DNA of 62,140 bases, the filler included, from Choristocarpus tenellus KU-1152 (Eukaryota > Protista > Phaeophyceae): NCBI GenBank assembly GCA_964200185.2. It is 11 parts of 11 records of this genome, joined end to end, with 100 filler letters (N's around TTAATTAATTAA, not from the genome) between each part and the next. Parts side by side here need not be neighbours in the genome. Positions count along the whole stretch, not along the records: positions 1 to 9,319 come from CAXNAD020003785.1; positions 9,420 to 12,065 come from CAXNAD020025999.1; positions 12,166 to 15,061 come from CAXNAD020023829.1; 8 more parts are not named here. One strand, written 5' to 3'. A program made the position numbers and the translations under genes. How positions within the stretch are numbered: position 1 is the first letter of the stretch; each line of letters begins with the position of its first letter. Of this stretch, positions 1-14,375 are shown in pieces. Under the pieces are notes generated by a model. The model saw nothing but the letters and a program-made list of their open reading frames with translations, ran no database searches and was not told the origin of the DNA.

Positions 1-243
1 GGGGGGGCGGGGGGGGAGAGGGGGTACAGGCGATTGCTACATACGACCAATCAAAATCATATTTAGAAAAAAACACAGCAAATCCGTCCATCATCATTCT
101 CATAACAAAAAAAACAAAACAGGACAAAAACAATTTTTTTTAAAAGCACACACACACACACACATATATATATATGTGCAGAAATCAACACCAACACAGA
201 TGCAACACACACAACTTTTTTTGAAGAAAAAAAAAGTTCTCAC

Positions 244-3200
244 CACTGTCTTGTCCAGCTTGTCACAATAGTCCTGCAGAAACTTGGCAACTGCCGAGGG
301 GGTGTACACCAACAACTTCCTTTGGACCAGGTAGTCAATGCCCTTATCATGACAGAGAGCCAGCACGCAACATATACAATTAAAAAAAAACTTACATATA
401 CATACATACATATACATACATACATACCTTTAGGGAATAGTGAACGATATTTACTTTTTACTTTTTTTTTTTCAACTACAATTTTTTTTGTTTAGAATCG
501 CAGACAGAAACAAGGAGGAAGTATTATTACTATTGTTAGTATTACTATTATTATTATTATTATTATTTGTGTATGGATGTACGGGTCGGATCTCCTTTAT
601 GAAAAAAAAAAATCAAATTGAATCAAATCTATCATAAAAAAAAAAGTAACTTCTTCAATGCCGTAAATCACGCCACCCACACCACACCATCGATACATCA
701 TTAATTTTTTTTTTTGATACTGATGAAGAGAAACCAACCATAAAAAACAAAAAACAATCCTCTTGTACATCAATAAAATAATAATCTACATACATATTTT
801 TATTTCTTTTTTAATGGTTTTCGATGCTGATCCTATTCCCAAACCTGATACAAATAGAAATATATATAAATAGAAATAGAAAAATATACATACATATAAA
901 CAAAATGGGTAGCTTAACCCTAACCCAGACGTTGATAAGATGGGATAATGAAATAAGACAATATAAGACACTGTCACAAAACTCCTCCCTTTGTACCAGT
1001 CAGGAAATACATACCACACTGAGTCAGAGCATGTGCCATACACGAGAAAACATCAATCACAAACCCTTCTCTTGTGACAAAGAACCAATAGGCATGAGAG
1101 GAGTATGGAGAGTGACAAGGAATATCCCTAACGTTGAAGGGTTCAGTCAGTCCATAACACTACAACTACAAAAGCACAAAATAAAATATTTAAACGTAAC
1201 AAATGTAAAAAAGAAATAAAATATTTACATACAACACATGTAAAAAAGAATATAAAAAACAAAAAAACGTTGAGAATATAAAAGAACAAGAAAAGGGTTT
1301 TGATTGAAAGAAGAAAAAAACTTTATCTAGTACAATAAAAATAAAATTATCAAAACAGTTAAAAAAATACTAAAAAAAAAAAGCGATCGATTTTTACAAG
1401 TAAACACCAAACTGTGCACCAAAACCAAAGTAAAAATACTACAGAGTCCATTTCCATCAATCACAACACAAAGGAAATAGAAACGGTGTCAATTTCCATC
1501 ATCGAACGGTAATCGAAATAAAAAAAATAATAGCAATTATTAGATATTATTATCATTATCGTCATCATCATCACCATTACTACTATCATTATTATTATCA
1601 TTATCGTCATCATCATTACTACTATCATCGTTAAAAAAAACCCCGTAAGAAACCTTGCCTGAAAAAAGTCAAATCGATTCTTACTCGTGCGTCTGCGCAC
1701 GCAATTCACTAAAAAAATAAAAATAAAAACAAAAATAAAAATAAAATCCATGACTCTCTGTAGCACTCACGCTTGGAGTGTTTTTTTTTGTGTAATTATT
1801 CAATAGCGTTCTGGATAAAAAAATAAAAAATATTTCTTCAAAAATTGCGCGTGTACACACTCTACGTAAAAAAAAATCTCAGACTACGTAGAACATTACA
1901 CCATCTAACCCCCTGGCAGTCACCATCATCAACATACATAGAGAAGAAGTTAAGGCTTCAGACTACATAGAACATTACACCATCTAACCCCCTGGCAGTC
2001 ACCATCATCAAAATAAATAAATAAATAAATATATATATAAATATATATATATATACATAGTACACAGTAATCACATTACCACATTACCACGATGGAAGGC
2101 GTCACCTACATTCTACACGCCTGAACTGATCGGAGAACCCAACTACCCATCGCGAAAATCCAGAACAACAAAATAATGCCACACTACACCCATCCTTTTT
2201 TATTAATCCTTTGATTGCTTCTTTTTATTTATTTACTTTTTAACACCATCACAACAATATATATATATATATATAAACATATCGTCATTGTTTTCATTTT
2301 CGTTTATTTTATTTTCATATTTATTCTCATTCTCATTATCTAGTCTCTAGAGAGAACGCCTCTGACACGTACAAAAACCTCTGATACATAAAATAAAATT
2401 TCACCTCCGGACACAACAAATAAAAATAAAAATAAAAATAAAAACACACCCTCCTGTCGAAGTCAATCCTTATCGTCACATACACTTCAAAAAATAAAAA
2501 AATACAGACGTACGAAGACTGCATTAATAAAAACAATAAAACAAAACATACTGCAATACCATGCTAATGCCACACTCACCTTGGAAGGGGATATGTTGAA
2601 GCGAACAAACCCGTTTTCCAAGTCCCCCGTCAGGCGTTTTTTCCTATCATACTCCTGTACCACCGACACTGGTGACATCAATCCGCCACCCCCTCCGCCC
2701 TCCCCCTCCTTCAAAAGCAACCAGAGATGTACATACATATATACATGTATGTGCCATGGTCAGCCAGCCAATCAAATCAAAGCAGAGTTGAATCAGACCA
2801 TGGACAGTGGGAGATAGGAGCAGGATGCATACATACATAGATACATACACATAACATAATACATACATGCATACATACATAGATACATACACATAACATA
2901 ATGCATACATACATAGATACAATATATACATAGATATATACACATAACATAATGCATACATAGATACAATATATACATACATAATGTAACATAAATAAAT
3001 ACACATAATATACACATACACAGATACACACATATGTATATACATGTATGTAACGTACATTATGTGTATATATGTATTATGTATTATGTGCACATAACAA
3101 ACCGGGGTTACCTAAAAATATACAAAATTAATATACTGACGACAATCCTTGTGGGGCAAAGTGATCAGTAAAATAAAATAAAACAAAAAAATGACACATG

Positions 3201-4935
3201 GCTCTATATCTCTATATCTCTATATCTCCAGCTGGAGGAGGAACAAACAAATATGTAGCCAGATCAAGTTCAATCAAGTTCAAGGCTTTCTCTCTTCTCA
3301 ACAACAAAAAAATCTCAACAAGAATCTTGATGTCTCTGAAGTCTCTGATCACTCTGCCTCACTATTTTTATTATTTCCGTTAATAAACTGAACAGGTGGA
3401 GTTCACTCAACATGTCAGATGTACAAAAATAAATAAATAAACGCCTCCATATATTCGATATTAAATAAAATAGTCGGGAAAGAACCCCCTCCCCCAACCA
3501 ATCACATGCTGTGCGATGTATCTAATCTAATCTAATCTAATCTAATCTACTCTACTCTGATCTAATCTGATCTAATCTAATCTAATCTAATCCAATCCAA
3601 TCCAATCCAATCCAATCCAATCCAATCCAATCCAATCCAATCCAATCCAATCCAATCTAATCCAATCTAATCTAATCCAATCCAATCCAATCCAACCAAT
3701 CGTACGATGACTCTCATCCAATCCAACCAATCACACACAATTTGCTACCGACGTCTCTAAGTGAGTCACAACTGTACGTTTGGAGGAGGCTTCTGCTCCA
3801 CTACATACAACAACAAAATGCAATGTAAGTTACAAAAATATTGAAGTATATATATATACATATTTAACTATATGTATGTATGTGTGTATGTTTATCCACA
3901 AGCAACAAAACTCACACTGCCAAGAAAATCACGCCTACCATTTTACCCTCTTTAATAAAAAAAACCTTCCAACAAGCACAAACCTTGGTGATATCCCCAT
4001 TGCTGTCAACCATCACAACAGAAGAGTCCACCCCAACATCACTGCCTCCTCCACTCCCCGCCTCCCCTACACCATCCTCCTTCCCCTCCAGGTTTTCATA
4101 TACTCCAGGCAGGCCTTGGTCAACTTCTCGGGCGTCACTAGCTACACACCTGAAAGATCCCAACAGGAAGCCACCCCCCACCCCCACACGTCATTATAAA
4201 AACAATACCGATCCATCAAGAAATAAAAGAAATATAGGTAAGGTAAGTGTGGGAAAAAAGAAAAGGAAGGTCATTTCGTCAAAAAAGAGTTAAAAAAACA
4301 ATGCCATCAATCGTAGACGATTCAAAAAAGAGTTATATAACCCACACACCACAGCATACTTCCTACAAATATGCACCAGGCCGTATCATATCTTATTATT
4401 GTTTTCTAAGGGGGGGGGGGGAGGGGTATCGCCCAAGCCCATTTACTAAGAGATTATCCTAAAATCACAACAAATTATCACTTCAACCTACCTACCTCTT
4501 ACACACTGCAGAAAACAGAAAAAAATGTAACGCCTTCCTAAAATATACATACTTTTTGCTTCAGAAATTGTTGGAACCTTTACTGTAAAAAAGGACAAAT
4601 AAAAATAATACACATAATATAATATAATGTTCTTTTGCATTCCTCTATTCTTCTCTTCTCTAATCTCTTCTTTTCTTCTCTTCTCTTCTCTATTATTTTC
4701 TCTTCACTTCTCCATTTTCTCTTCTCTTCTCTTCCTCACCTGAGCATGTTATGCAGGATGTCTATAAGAGCCTCCAGACCCTTAGTCCGAAGGTAATTCT
4801 CCTCCTTGAGACTATTTGGATTGTTGGACACATCCAACGCACTCAGCCTCCTTCCCTTAGAAACCTAAAAAAAAAAAAAAAAAACATTTTTCATTAAAAA
4901 TTAAAAATACAAAAAAACAAAGGAGAGAGGCACCA

Positions 4936-4979
<44 letters not shown>

Positions 4980-7900
4980 ACATCGCACAATTTAAAACAC
5001 ATACAAAAAATAAAAAAACACTAAATATCACGAAGCAAGAGTCTTCACAAAATAAAAAAATAAAAAAAGCATCTAAATATAAACAAAAATACATAATCAG
5101 AGACAGGGAGGGAACGAATGAATGGGGGCCACTGTGCACATCAGAGCTAAATACCTTCCTTACTAGCTTACTCCCTACCATCATAACCAAGAGACCAGAA
5201 CCACACACTTATGTCCACATAACATACACCTAGTAGGCAATGAATTGATAATTGGCAATCGCCATACCACATACATGAGGTACACCAACACCTTGGGCAG
5301 AGAGAAAGAATGCACAGATAGAAGAGATGTCAGAGGTGAGACAACAAACATGATGATCCCTTACTGAGATTTAATCCCACTCAAATCCCTCCGAAGAATT
5401 AAGGAAAACTACACGGGTCTAGGGGACAGGAGGTGGGACAGGAAAGAGGGGGGATCCCCCACACCAACCAACCAGATGTTCTTAACCCTCAGCCTGACTC
5501 TATAACCCTAACCCTAACCCTAACCCTAACTCTGCACACAAAAACCCCCAAAAACGTATCAGTGAAAATAAGCCCCCTAACCCTGCAAAATAGAAAAAAA
5601 TGGAAATGAAAGAGAGGACGTAGTACTCTCTTTCATTTCCATTTTTTTTTTTAATCTTAAAAAAAAAAAGTGTAGTGTTTCACTGAGCAATTGTACTTCA
5701 TATACTTCAGTTATTGGAAAAAAATGTTTGGATAACTAATCTCTAAATTTTGTTATCAATTTCATTTTTCTTCGTTCTCGATTATTTCGCGTGTTACTTT
5801 TTTTATTTCTAAATATATATATATATATATATATATTTATCATTCTCCGATAAATCAACATCTTTGTTGAAAAATAATCTACAAGGTACATCCAAACCTT
5901 TCTAACTACTACAACAATTTCTCAATCAATGTCATTTCTAATTACTATTAATAGTACAATGTTAACTGAAAGTGATTTTCTCCTTGACATCTATCAGAAG
6001 TAACAACTATCCCTAACCCTAAAATATCAACCCAGAACAACAAATGAAATTGCCCTAGAAGATAACCCTAACCCTAACCCTAACCCCTCCCAATTTTTTT
6101 TGTTCGCTTCATGTAGAAAAGTAGAAAATTCAAGTACCAATTCAATTAAAAAGAGACTTGGCATTATGAAAAAAACCTCATTTTTTATTTTATAAACTGA
6201 ATCCGGTACTACTACACTACTGTACTTTTACATACACAATATCGGTTCTCTTTTGTAAAAAAAAACAACTCTAAATATAGATCTGGTGGCTACTTCTAAA
6301 AATATACATAATATACACAACTTAAAAAAACATATTTTCCATAGCAGATCCACTCACTACTGCAGCAACCAACCACTACCACCACTTGGATCATCAATAA
6401 AAATTAAAATTAAAAAAGCGCTTTGCTTCACCTCCCACAAAATAAAAAATAAAATAAAATCAGAAAATGATTTTATTTTTACCTTTGAAAGGGTGTGCAT
6501 GATCCTGTTGAAGAGGTCCACCGCATGGAGATCGCAGTCGTAGTTAAGGAACATTTCCACCAGCCCCTGTTTTAAATAAATATATATATTTCAAAAAATT
6601 CAAAACACACAACACATAAATAACACACAAACAAAACACACACAAAAAATACAACACACAACATACAACACACAAGACACACACAACACACAGACAAAAC
6701 ACATACACAACACACATACACAACACACACACAGCAAGCAACACACAACAGTAGAGGAACATAAAAAACAGAAGCATGAACATAGGATAAGACAAAATAT
6801 ATGTGCCCTGATATGTCATGCCCTAATTTGTCCTTACCAATAATTTCTGACTCAGGATGTGAGGCACAACTTTCGAGAGCACAATGACCAGCCACCAAAT
6901 ATACACAGTAAGGATACATTAAATTTCAAAAAAAGGAGTCGCAATGGGCTCTTGAGTTTTAGTATGATAGACATCGACACAATTTGAACATAGTGGGGGG
7001 TAATAGAGCCTCTAAAGATGTACCACACACTGGAAAAAATTCAAATAGGATTGGGATGAAGGCGTATGCCCTTAATCAGCAATGAGAAGCGTTTCATGGT
7101 CATGGGTAAGGAGACATATACCTTCAATTGACAATAATTAACGGCAGTGTTAAGCCACGAGATATACCCTTGAATGTCAAATGGATACAGACAGGGTTCT
7201 GTACCTTGATTTGTCAGTATTCAGGGACAAAATATACCCATAATTGTCAACATTTCTGAACAGACTTTATAGGTCCTAGTATATACCTGTATTTGTCCCA
7301 CTCTCAAGTACAGACACTCCAGGCTAAATCAAAGGTATAGCACACTTTGAGTGAGTTAAAAGTTAAAAAGTGCACAATCAGGGTTAGGGATGTAACTACA
7401 ATAGACAAAATGTGAAGACCGGTATAGATGCAAAAACGTACCTTTAATTAGATGTGTACCCTTAATCAGACACATATCTTCAACTAGATATATACCCTAA
7501 ATTAGGCACATAGCCTTATACCTTTAAATATACATGTACCCTTAATCGTCACCGCACAAGCCACACTTCCTCATCGATGCAATAAACACACACCTCCCTC
7601 AGGACATACCAACCGTACAAACGTTCCACCAATCAAATCAAAGTGAAACAAAACGCCACCAATCACCACATTCACACTATCAATCACACACTATCAATCC
7701 CCACTACTTCACTCCTACCCTTGGGGTGTGACTGAAGGAGGTGACCAACTCCAGCACGTGCTTCTTGTGCTCAAAGGTACTGTTCTCACTCTCCAAAACA
7801 CGCAAAAACACATTGGTGATGAAAACCTCAATCTCCGACTTGAGGTGCACCTGCCATTTTTTTGGGGGGGAGGGAGGGCGAGGGAGCATTGGGGGAATCT

Positions 7901-8128
7901 CTGACAGGATCTTCGTCCCAACAATTAAAGTGATAATAAATAATTAAAATCTCTCAGTGCCGATGCAAGAAAACAACCTCCTCTTGAATAAATATAAATA
8001 TTATCTGTATATTTATCTGTATATTTATCTGGAAAGCATGTTCGCCTGTTATTATTATACCGTTATTGCTGAATGCCATATACCATTATACCGATAAAAA
8101 TATAATATATGTAACTTCTCGTGATAGA

Positions 8129-8164
<36 letters not shown>

Positions 8165-8777
8165 GGAAAAGAAAAGACTTCAAAAAAAATCAACTACTAC
8201 TGATACAAACCAGATTCGGTTTTTTGGTTTCCAATCAAATACAACCAATAAAATAAAGAGAAAAGAGAACTCAAATCACAGAGAGCTCCCCCCCCCAAAA
8301 AAAAAGGTTTACTGGGTGCACAGGTACTAAGGATCATAGCAAAACCCCCAATCATTCCAACTATTGTAGCCATAACCCTAACCCTAACTCTAAATATACA
8401 GTCCACAACAGCAGAAAATAAGCAAAGTGAGCCGGCTCCTGTAAAAAACAAAGGGGGGGGAGGAAAGGGAGAACAAAAACTCACCACATTGCTAAAATAC
8501 ACTATACTCTCAACTTTACATCACCATCACCATCACCTTCACCTTCACTACCACCATCACCATCACCACCAAGAGAGACACCAAAAGCATCAACTCTCAC
8601 CTTGAAGTCCCTGCACATGGGCTTGAATATCTTGAGGCTCAGCTCAGCCACTGTCCTATTTGAGGAGGTGCAGTTCAGTAGTAGAGCATCACAAAGATAG
8701 TGCCGCACAGCCAATACAAACTTCTCCCCAGACCTGAAGCCATTCCCACAGTTCTCCATGATGGACAGGATCATCTC
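244..8777 (-). CDS. SEC7: Large ARF guanine-nucleotide exchange factor (BIG/Sec7 family), internal fragment from the HUS region to the start of the Sec7 domain
   Basis: Seven phase-compatible exons with GT/AG ends: 8777-8601, 7850-7719, 6566-6483, 4864-4740, 4149-3984, 2708-2580, 342-244. Translation includes HLKSEIEVF, the HUS box EMFLNYDCD, LRTKGLEAL and the Sec7 start FNISPSK|GIDYL...AVAKFL...LDKTV. Both ends are cut by contig boundaries. Confidence 0.92.
1880..2012. repeat. Direct duplication of about 53 bp inside a Sec7 intron
   Basis: cagactac(g/a)tagaacattacaccatctaaccccctggcagtcaccatcatcaa occurs at about 1880 and about 1959. Confidence 0.85.
2826..3090. repeat. Degenerate (ACAT/ACATA)n low-complexity tract
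   Basis: Visible ACAT/ACAC/ATAAC mosaic; it produces spurious MYVC-rich ORFs. Confidence 0.85.
3521..3700. repeat. (TCTAA)n/(TCCAA)n pentanucleotide microsatellite
   Basis: Direct reading of the sequence. Confidence 0.95.
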
Positions 8778-8787
8778 CTGAGAGGGG

Positions 8788-8873
8788 TTGTTCACAGACC
8801 AAGACAGTGTGTGTGTGTGTTCACAGACCAAGACTGTATGTTCACAGACCAAGACTGTATGTTCACAGACCAA
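8788..8873. repeat. About 21-bp minisatellite (tgttcacagaccaagactgta), about 4 copies, abutting a Sec7 splice acceptor
   Basis: Repeated ttcacagaccaag units. Confidence 0.85.
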
Positions 8874-9002
8874 GGGATCGGTGCAAAAACAATTGAGTGT
8901 TTTTTGTTATCTATTTTGTATTTTGAAGTATATATATATATATATACAAACATCTTTTTTTTTTAAATGTCTGCTTTTGTAGGCACATCTATACAAATGG
9001 AA

Positions 9003-9110
9003 TTGTATTGTGTTGTATTGTATTGTATTATACTGTATTGTATTGTATTATACTGTATTGTATTGTATTGTATTGGATAGGGTTGGATTGTATTGTATTG
9101 GATGGGATTG
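9003..9110. repeat. (TATTG)n pentanucleotide microsatellite
   Basis: Direct reading of the sequence. Confidence 0.9.
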
Positions 9111-9319
9111 AAAAGAACATGTATTCAGAATATCCTGTACTCCCATTCGGGTTTTCACACACGCCTTCCCTGTACTTACAAACCCAAATTGTGGGAATAG
9201 AGTAGTAGCTAGTGCCAGGAGACCCTGTAAAAAATTTGAGAGCGAATATTCCCACAATTTTTTTTTTCTTTGGGGACCAGGAGGTTGGGGGGGGGAGGGG
9301 GGATTGAGGTGGGAAAAGC

Positions 9320-9419
9320 NNNNNNNNNNNNNNNNNNNNNNNNNNNNNNNNNNNNNNNNNNNNTTAATTAATTAANNNNNNNNNNNNNNNNNNNNNNNNN
9401 NNNNNNNNNNNNNNNNNNN
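9320..9419. other. Artificial contig linker (44N-TTAATTAATTAA-44N). Identical linkers lie at 12066-12165, 15062-15161, 20141-20240, 23313-23412, 37573-37672, 41699-41798, 45626-45725, 49768-49867 and 56469-56568
   Basis: The same 100-bp structure with a six-frame stop cassette occurs ten times. Confidence 0.99.
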
Positions 9420-9779
9420 AAGGCTTGTTACTTGGACCAGTCGGGATGGATGAGCTCAAATGACGTGTTTGGCGCGCGGAATTGTATTTGACCGCGCGTC
9501 TTATACATACAGTGTGTGTTGCCGATCCCAAAAAGGAACCTGTCTCTGACATTTTTGGTAATAGATTGATGGTACTTGCATCAGATTTCAAAATCTTGCA
9601 GACCTTGTTCTTCTAATAGGGACGTTGTCGTAGAAGGCAGTAGATATCAGGAAAGGGCACCACAATACCTTGGACAGTAGTTATAGATATAATCCCCACT
9701 ACATGGAGTTGAAGTAGGGTGTGAGGGTGGCGAAGAGAAGTTGATTGCTAAGATCTTCATATAGACTGGAATCAAAGGT

Positions 9780-11516
9780 ATGGACATTTCTGTCAAGTCC
9801 GTTAATGGGAATGGGAAGTCGAACGATGATTGCGCCATGAATGAAATAGATGGGGCAGGCTCTTCTCATAGCTTCACGCCTAAAAATATCCTCGTCACGG
9901 GTGGAGCAGGATTCATAGCTTCGCACGTTGTGATCCTCCTGGTGAAGAAGTATCCGCAGTACAACATTGTCAACTTCGACAGACTAGATTACTGCTCGTG
10001 CTTAGAGAACCTCAGTGAGATGAAGGATTACCCCAACTACAAGGTCAGTTCTCTAACCTATCACCGCTTCTTGGCTTGATTACAAACAGGGAATAGGGAT
10101 GCGAGAACATACTTCTCGGCTGTACGTACGGTACGTTGTCCATTTCTATTTGCCTGAGCGTCCCCCATTCCACATTTCAAACATCACGAAGGAAGGAGGG
10201 CTCAGTCCATCTAATCGTAGGTTGTTGATAGCTCACTAGTTCCATTCTTCGCCTTGTTGCAAGAATCTTTGCATCCATGTATCATTGTTGTTGAACCCCC
10301 CCCTATACGAGTATTCCCGTGGACTTTGCTCAGAATTATTTTCTCGTAACCCAAAGTTTGGACCTCTACCCATTGCTGGGACGGTCTTTGCGGCATCAAT
10401 GAAGTTAATAAACGGTAGCTGCAATGCTAAGCATATTCAACACCAGTTGGGCATCATAGCTTCACTTATTTAGTTATTTTCATGATCTAGGACGTAAACA
10501 TGTAAACTTTCAATATATTTGCATCTCTCAACTTCCATTTGCAACTCTCGATCCTAACCTGAACTCTACTGGTACATGCTTGGGACACAAAAAATCCGTC
10601 CTTCTTCATAGACTCTCATGAAAGCCATTGTATGGTCCAGGATGAGACTGACAGCTGATATACATGGGAGGAAGTCCAACCATAGAGGGGATGCGGGTGT
10701 GCTACACACTTCGAAGTTGAAAATTTTGCTGATATAGATGGTGGTACAGGTGGAGGTTTAAGAGTGTGGCAAAACTTCTCAAAATCATAGTGCATACCTT
10801 CTGCTGCTGAGTATACGAGCGTGAAGGCAGTAAGTAGCCTCTGTAAAGTACCGGTAACACTATTGTTCCCTATGCAGCCACCAAACCATCACCATTCAAG
10901 CTCCATGCAGATCGAGGAAGAAGGGGAAAATGTAATTCAGATGGAAGGATCAATGCTGTGCCACGTAAAGGATACAAAGTCCCTCAAGACCTCTCAAATA
11001 TGTGACAGTATCACTCACACACGATCTGGTGCCTATCAATATTTCTAGACATCTTCAATAACAAAGCATAAAGGGAGATAGTGGCAAACATCTGGTCACG
11101 GACAATTCCCCCCCCCCTATGATAGTACGGGAACACAGACCGCTTCCTCCCAACTCCATCTGTGCAGAGGGTCTGGATTATATCCATTCGTACACATCCT
11201 TCTACCCCTGTCACTTGTTACCATCCTAACCCTAGCCCTAACCCTTCTTCAATGACAGACCTTGAATTATATGTATCCCGCCCCCACCCCCCACCCCGGC
11301 CTGCCCTGCCCTGCCCTGCCAAAATTCATGACACAGTTTGTAAAGGGCAACATCTGTTCATCGGATATGGTGACATACCTTTTGCAAGAAGAGTCGATTG
11401 ACACCATCCTGCACTTTGCCGCTCAGACCCACGTGGACAACTCTTTTGGCAACAGCTTCCAGTTCACGCACAACAATATTTACGGGACACACGTGCTTCT
11501 TGAGAGTGCAAAAAAG
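9780..11516 (+). CDS. RHM: dTDP/UDP-glucose 4,6-dehydratase (RHM/RmlB-like rhamnose synthesis), 5' part
   Basis: Exons 9780-10043 and 11337-11516 join in phase 0. Motifs: ILVTGGAGFIASH, NFDRLDYCS, HFAAQTHVDNSFGNS, NNIYGTHVLLE. The 3' end is missing. Confidence 0.93.
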
Positions 11517-12883
11517 GTACAACCCTGTGTTCATATGGAGCAGAAAAGGGTATATTCTGTAGTCACCCTAACCCCTCCCCCCCCCTATATGATGCTGTGG
11601 GTTTTTGATGGTACCGTTCTGAGGCTTTTTTGCACAAGGAGATAGAATTTTAGTTTATTTTTTCTGTCCTACGCCTGCACAAACAAACGCCTGCGTCGTC
11701 GCGGCTACCTGTTGATTAAAAAAAAAAATTGTGTTGTTTCGTTTAACTTTTTTAATAGCAAGAGCGCTTGCTACTTCGCCTTAGCAATTGACGTTTCTTA
11801 CATTTTTATATTTTTTATTGAGACCCGCTACTGCTCTCAACCGACTTGTTAAAAAAAAAAAAAAATGCTTGCATCATACTTCAACGACATACCACGCCAC
11901 CTTTTTAAGTTTGTTGTTCATCATCATCCTCTAATTTTTTTTGTTTTTTTCAATTGCAAAGGGTTAGGGTTAGGGTTAGGGTTCGACTCAACTAAGCCTG
12001 AATCAATGCTACTGTTTGTGTGTGTCAGCATTAGGCAACTTATCTGCCAGAGGTTCATCCCCCCCNNNNNNNNNNNNNNNNNNNNNNNNNNNNNNNNNNN
12101 NNNNNNNNNTTAATTAATTAANNNNNNNNNNNNNNNNNNNNNNNNNNNNNNNNNNNNNNNNNNNNCACAAAAAAAGTCAAAATCGAAAAAAGGGTGAAAA
12201 ATGGACGCCGGCACCCCCCCCCTAGATACGTTGACCCTCTAGAGTCTACAGATTAACCAAGACAATACAATAGAGCCAGTCCCCAAAACAATGAACGGAT
12301 TTTATTAGTGTTTTTAAAGTGCACTACTGTGGCTTGTCTTGCACAACAAACGAGGTCAGTTTCTATTGGTGACTAACCCTAACCCTATGTATCCGCACAT
12401 TTCACCATTTAGCAATGTGTTGTTTCATCTTCAATACATTAAAAAAAAAATCCGAGACATTTCTTATTATCGAACTGATTAAAAAAAAAAGTCCAGTCAA
12501 TGTTGACATTTTTCCAGTAACAGCACAGTCGAAAAAATGCTGATAAACACCACATCCAACCCTAACCCTATTCACACGCCTTTCAAACCAAGACTACTGT
12601 GGAGGGACACTTCTCACCACTTTTAATTACTACATTAGTTACATCCTCACAACAAATCATAACTCGGGTAGAGAGTAGGCAGTGTCCCCTTCCTTGACTC
12701 CACACTACCCACATTACGAAAACTCCTTCCACCCTAACACTAAGGATTATCTCTGCGATGAGAGGGGGACGGCAAAAGATTGTTATTGTTCAGGGGGCTC
12801 AATAGCGTAAAATTGTTACCAACCAGTGAGAGGACAGCACTTGGTGGTGCACCGACAGAACAATTAGTTCACAATGACGGTTG

Positions 12884-13000
12884 ACCAATCAACACTCTTC
12901 AGAGAGTTCTTTTCAAACCAATCAGCACTCTTCTTCACAGGGTTCTTTTCAAGCCAATCAGCACTCTTCTTCACAGGTTTCTTTTCAAACCAATCAGCAC
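12884..13000. repeat. 36-bp tandem repeat (accaatcagcactcttcttcacagggttcttttcaa), about 3 copies
   Basis: Direct reading; it lies just downstream of the syntaxin stop codon. Confidence 0.85.
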
Positions 13001-13155
13001 GATGCATTTTAGAATGTTTTCGCGATCCGTCCATCATGGAGATCCTCTCCTGCTGCCGTGTGAAGCAAGGTTCAACAAGTAGAGGCAAGACCTTGTAGTA
13101 CACTGCCCGATGCAACAATAGACACAAATAGACACAAACCAACGTACTTCTTCTA

Positions 13156-13377
13156 TCAAGGCATGTACCAGTGCAAAAACAGCAAACAGAGCGATGCCCC
13201 CAGCATGAACATCACGTAGAACTGCCTGAAACTAGCCCCCCTTTCTACAGCCCTCTCCAAGTGCTCGCCTCCCCTTACTAGTTTGTGATTGGTGGAGACA
13301 GCAGCGTCGAATACGTGTTCGAGATCCCCTTGTTGTTCCATCACCTTGGATGCAAAGAGACCCATCAGGCCTGAGAT
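13156..13377 (-). CDS. STX18: Syntaxin-18/Ufe1/SYP81-like Qa-SNARE, terminal exon (end of SNARE motif plus TM anchor)
   Basis: CAG acceptor at 13380-13378, then ISGLMGLFASKVMEQQGDLEHV...GGEHLERA...FYVMFMLGASLCLLFLHWYMP*. The C-terminal LLFLxWY is typical of syntaxin-18. Confidence 0.8.
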   Translation of the reverse strand: MSGLMGLFASKVMEQQGDLEHVFDAAVSTNHKLVRGGEHLERAVERGASFRQFYVMFMLGASLCLLFLHWYMP

Positions 13378-14276
13378 CTGACCAGCAAGAAGGAAAAAGT
13401 AAGTAATACTAATATAAAAGCAAAGAATTCTTTTTTTTTTCACAAGGACAGCATTAGCAGGTCAGATATCAGAAGGAACTCTTCTCTTACTAGCACTGGC
13501 GATAGAGAGCTGAACCAAAAATATGAGAAAAAATGATGAGTTTTACGACATGCTGCTTACAATCCTAAAAAGTATTTTATCAAGATTCCATCACTCAACA
13601 CAGAGTGTGTGAACCCCCCCCCCAAAGACATGCAGACAGGGCAGCTGGGGTTTAGATGACAGAGCAGTGGGGGAGGGGGGTGGGAAAGAGTACAGTGCTA
13701 AAGGTGAATGTCTAGGATTAGGAAGAGAGGTTTCAGAGTTCTATTGAAACTGGTACAATAGGTTTAATACAATACTGCAGAGTGTAATCTTATTCTACAG
13801 GTCAAAATTGGCAGTTTCCGTAACATGATGAACACCCTTTAATGAATATACATGACAGAAATCTGAATGGGAATAATAGACCATGGCCTATATGTGCATT
13901 GAAAGGGGAGAGGGAAAGGGTTTGGGAATGAGGTGAAGTGAAGTTGTGGACTTGACCTGCTTCGGAAGGGCAGAATGGGGACCAATAGACCACCGCTACT
14001 TCACTTCCTCTAAGTACAAGAAAAAGACGAGCTTTGAAGTGATATTGTATAATAATTTGAAGCAGTTACCTCTCACAAGTGGTTTGATCTATACGACACA
14101 CACACAAAAGAGAATAAAAAATAAAATAAAAATGATAAAATAAGACAAAAATATGGTCATGGGGGTAGGTGCACGCAGCCAGATGCTGCACTCAAATTAA
14201 TTCTGTGCTGGAAGTTTGAGACTTCCAGGGCTTACTAAAAAGTGCCAACATCAAAACAAACCCACTTGGGACAAAG

Positions 14277-14375
14277 CATCACTGTACTGTGTTAATACCA
14301 TTACTGTACTGTGTTAGTACAATTTCTCTGTATTGTGTTAGTACTATCACTGTACTGTGTTAGTACCATCACTCC
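14277..14375. repeat. 22-bp minisatellite (atcactgtactgtgttagtacc), about 4 copies
   Basis: Direct reading of the sequence. Confidence 0.8.

Noticed and set aside
2647-3093. Cys/Tyr/Met/Val-rich ORFs (also 6544-6919 and 100-417 beyond the true exon)
   Set aside because: Low-complexity AC/ACAT intronic repeats.
12864-13142. 36-bp repeat as a CRISPR array or ADWFEKKPVKKS repeat protein
   Set aside because: There are no unique spacers, the context is eukaryotic, and it is a simple minisatellite in a 3' flank.
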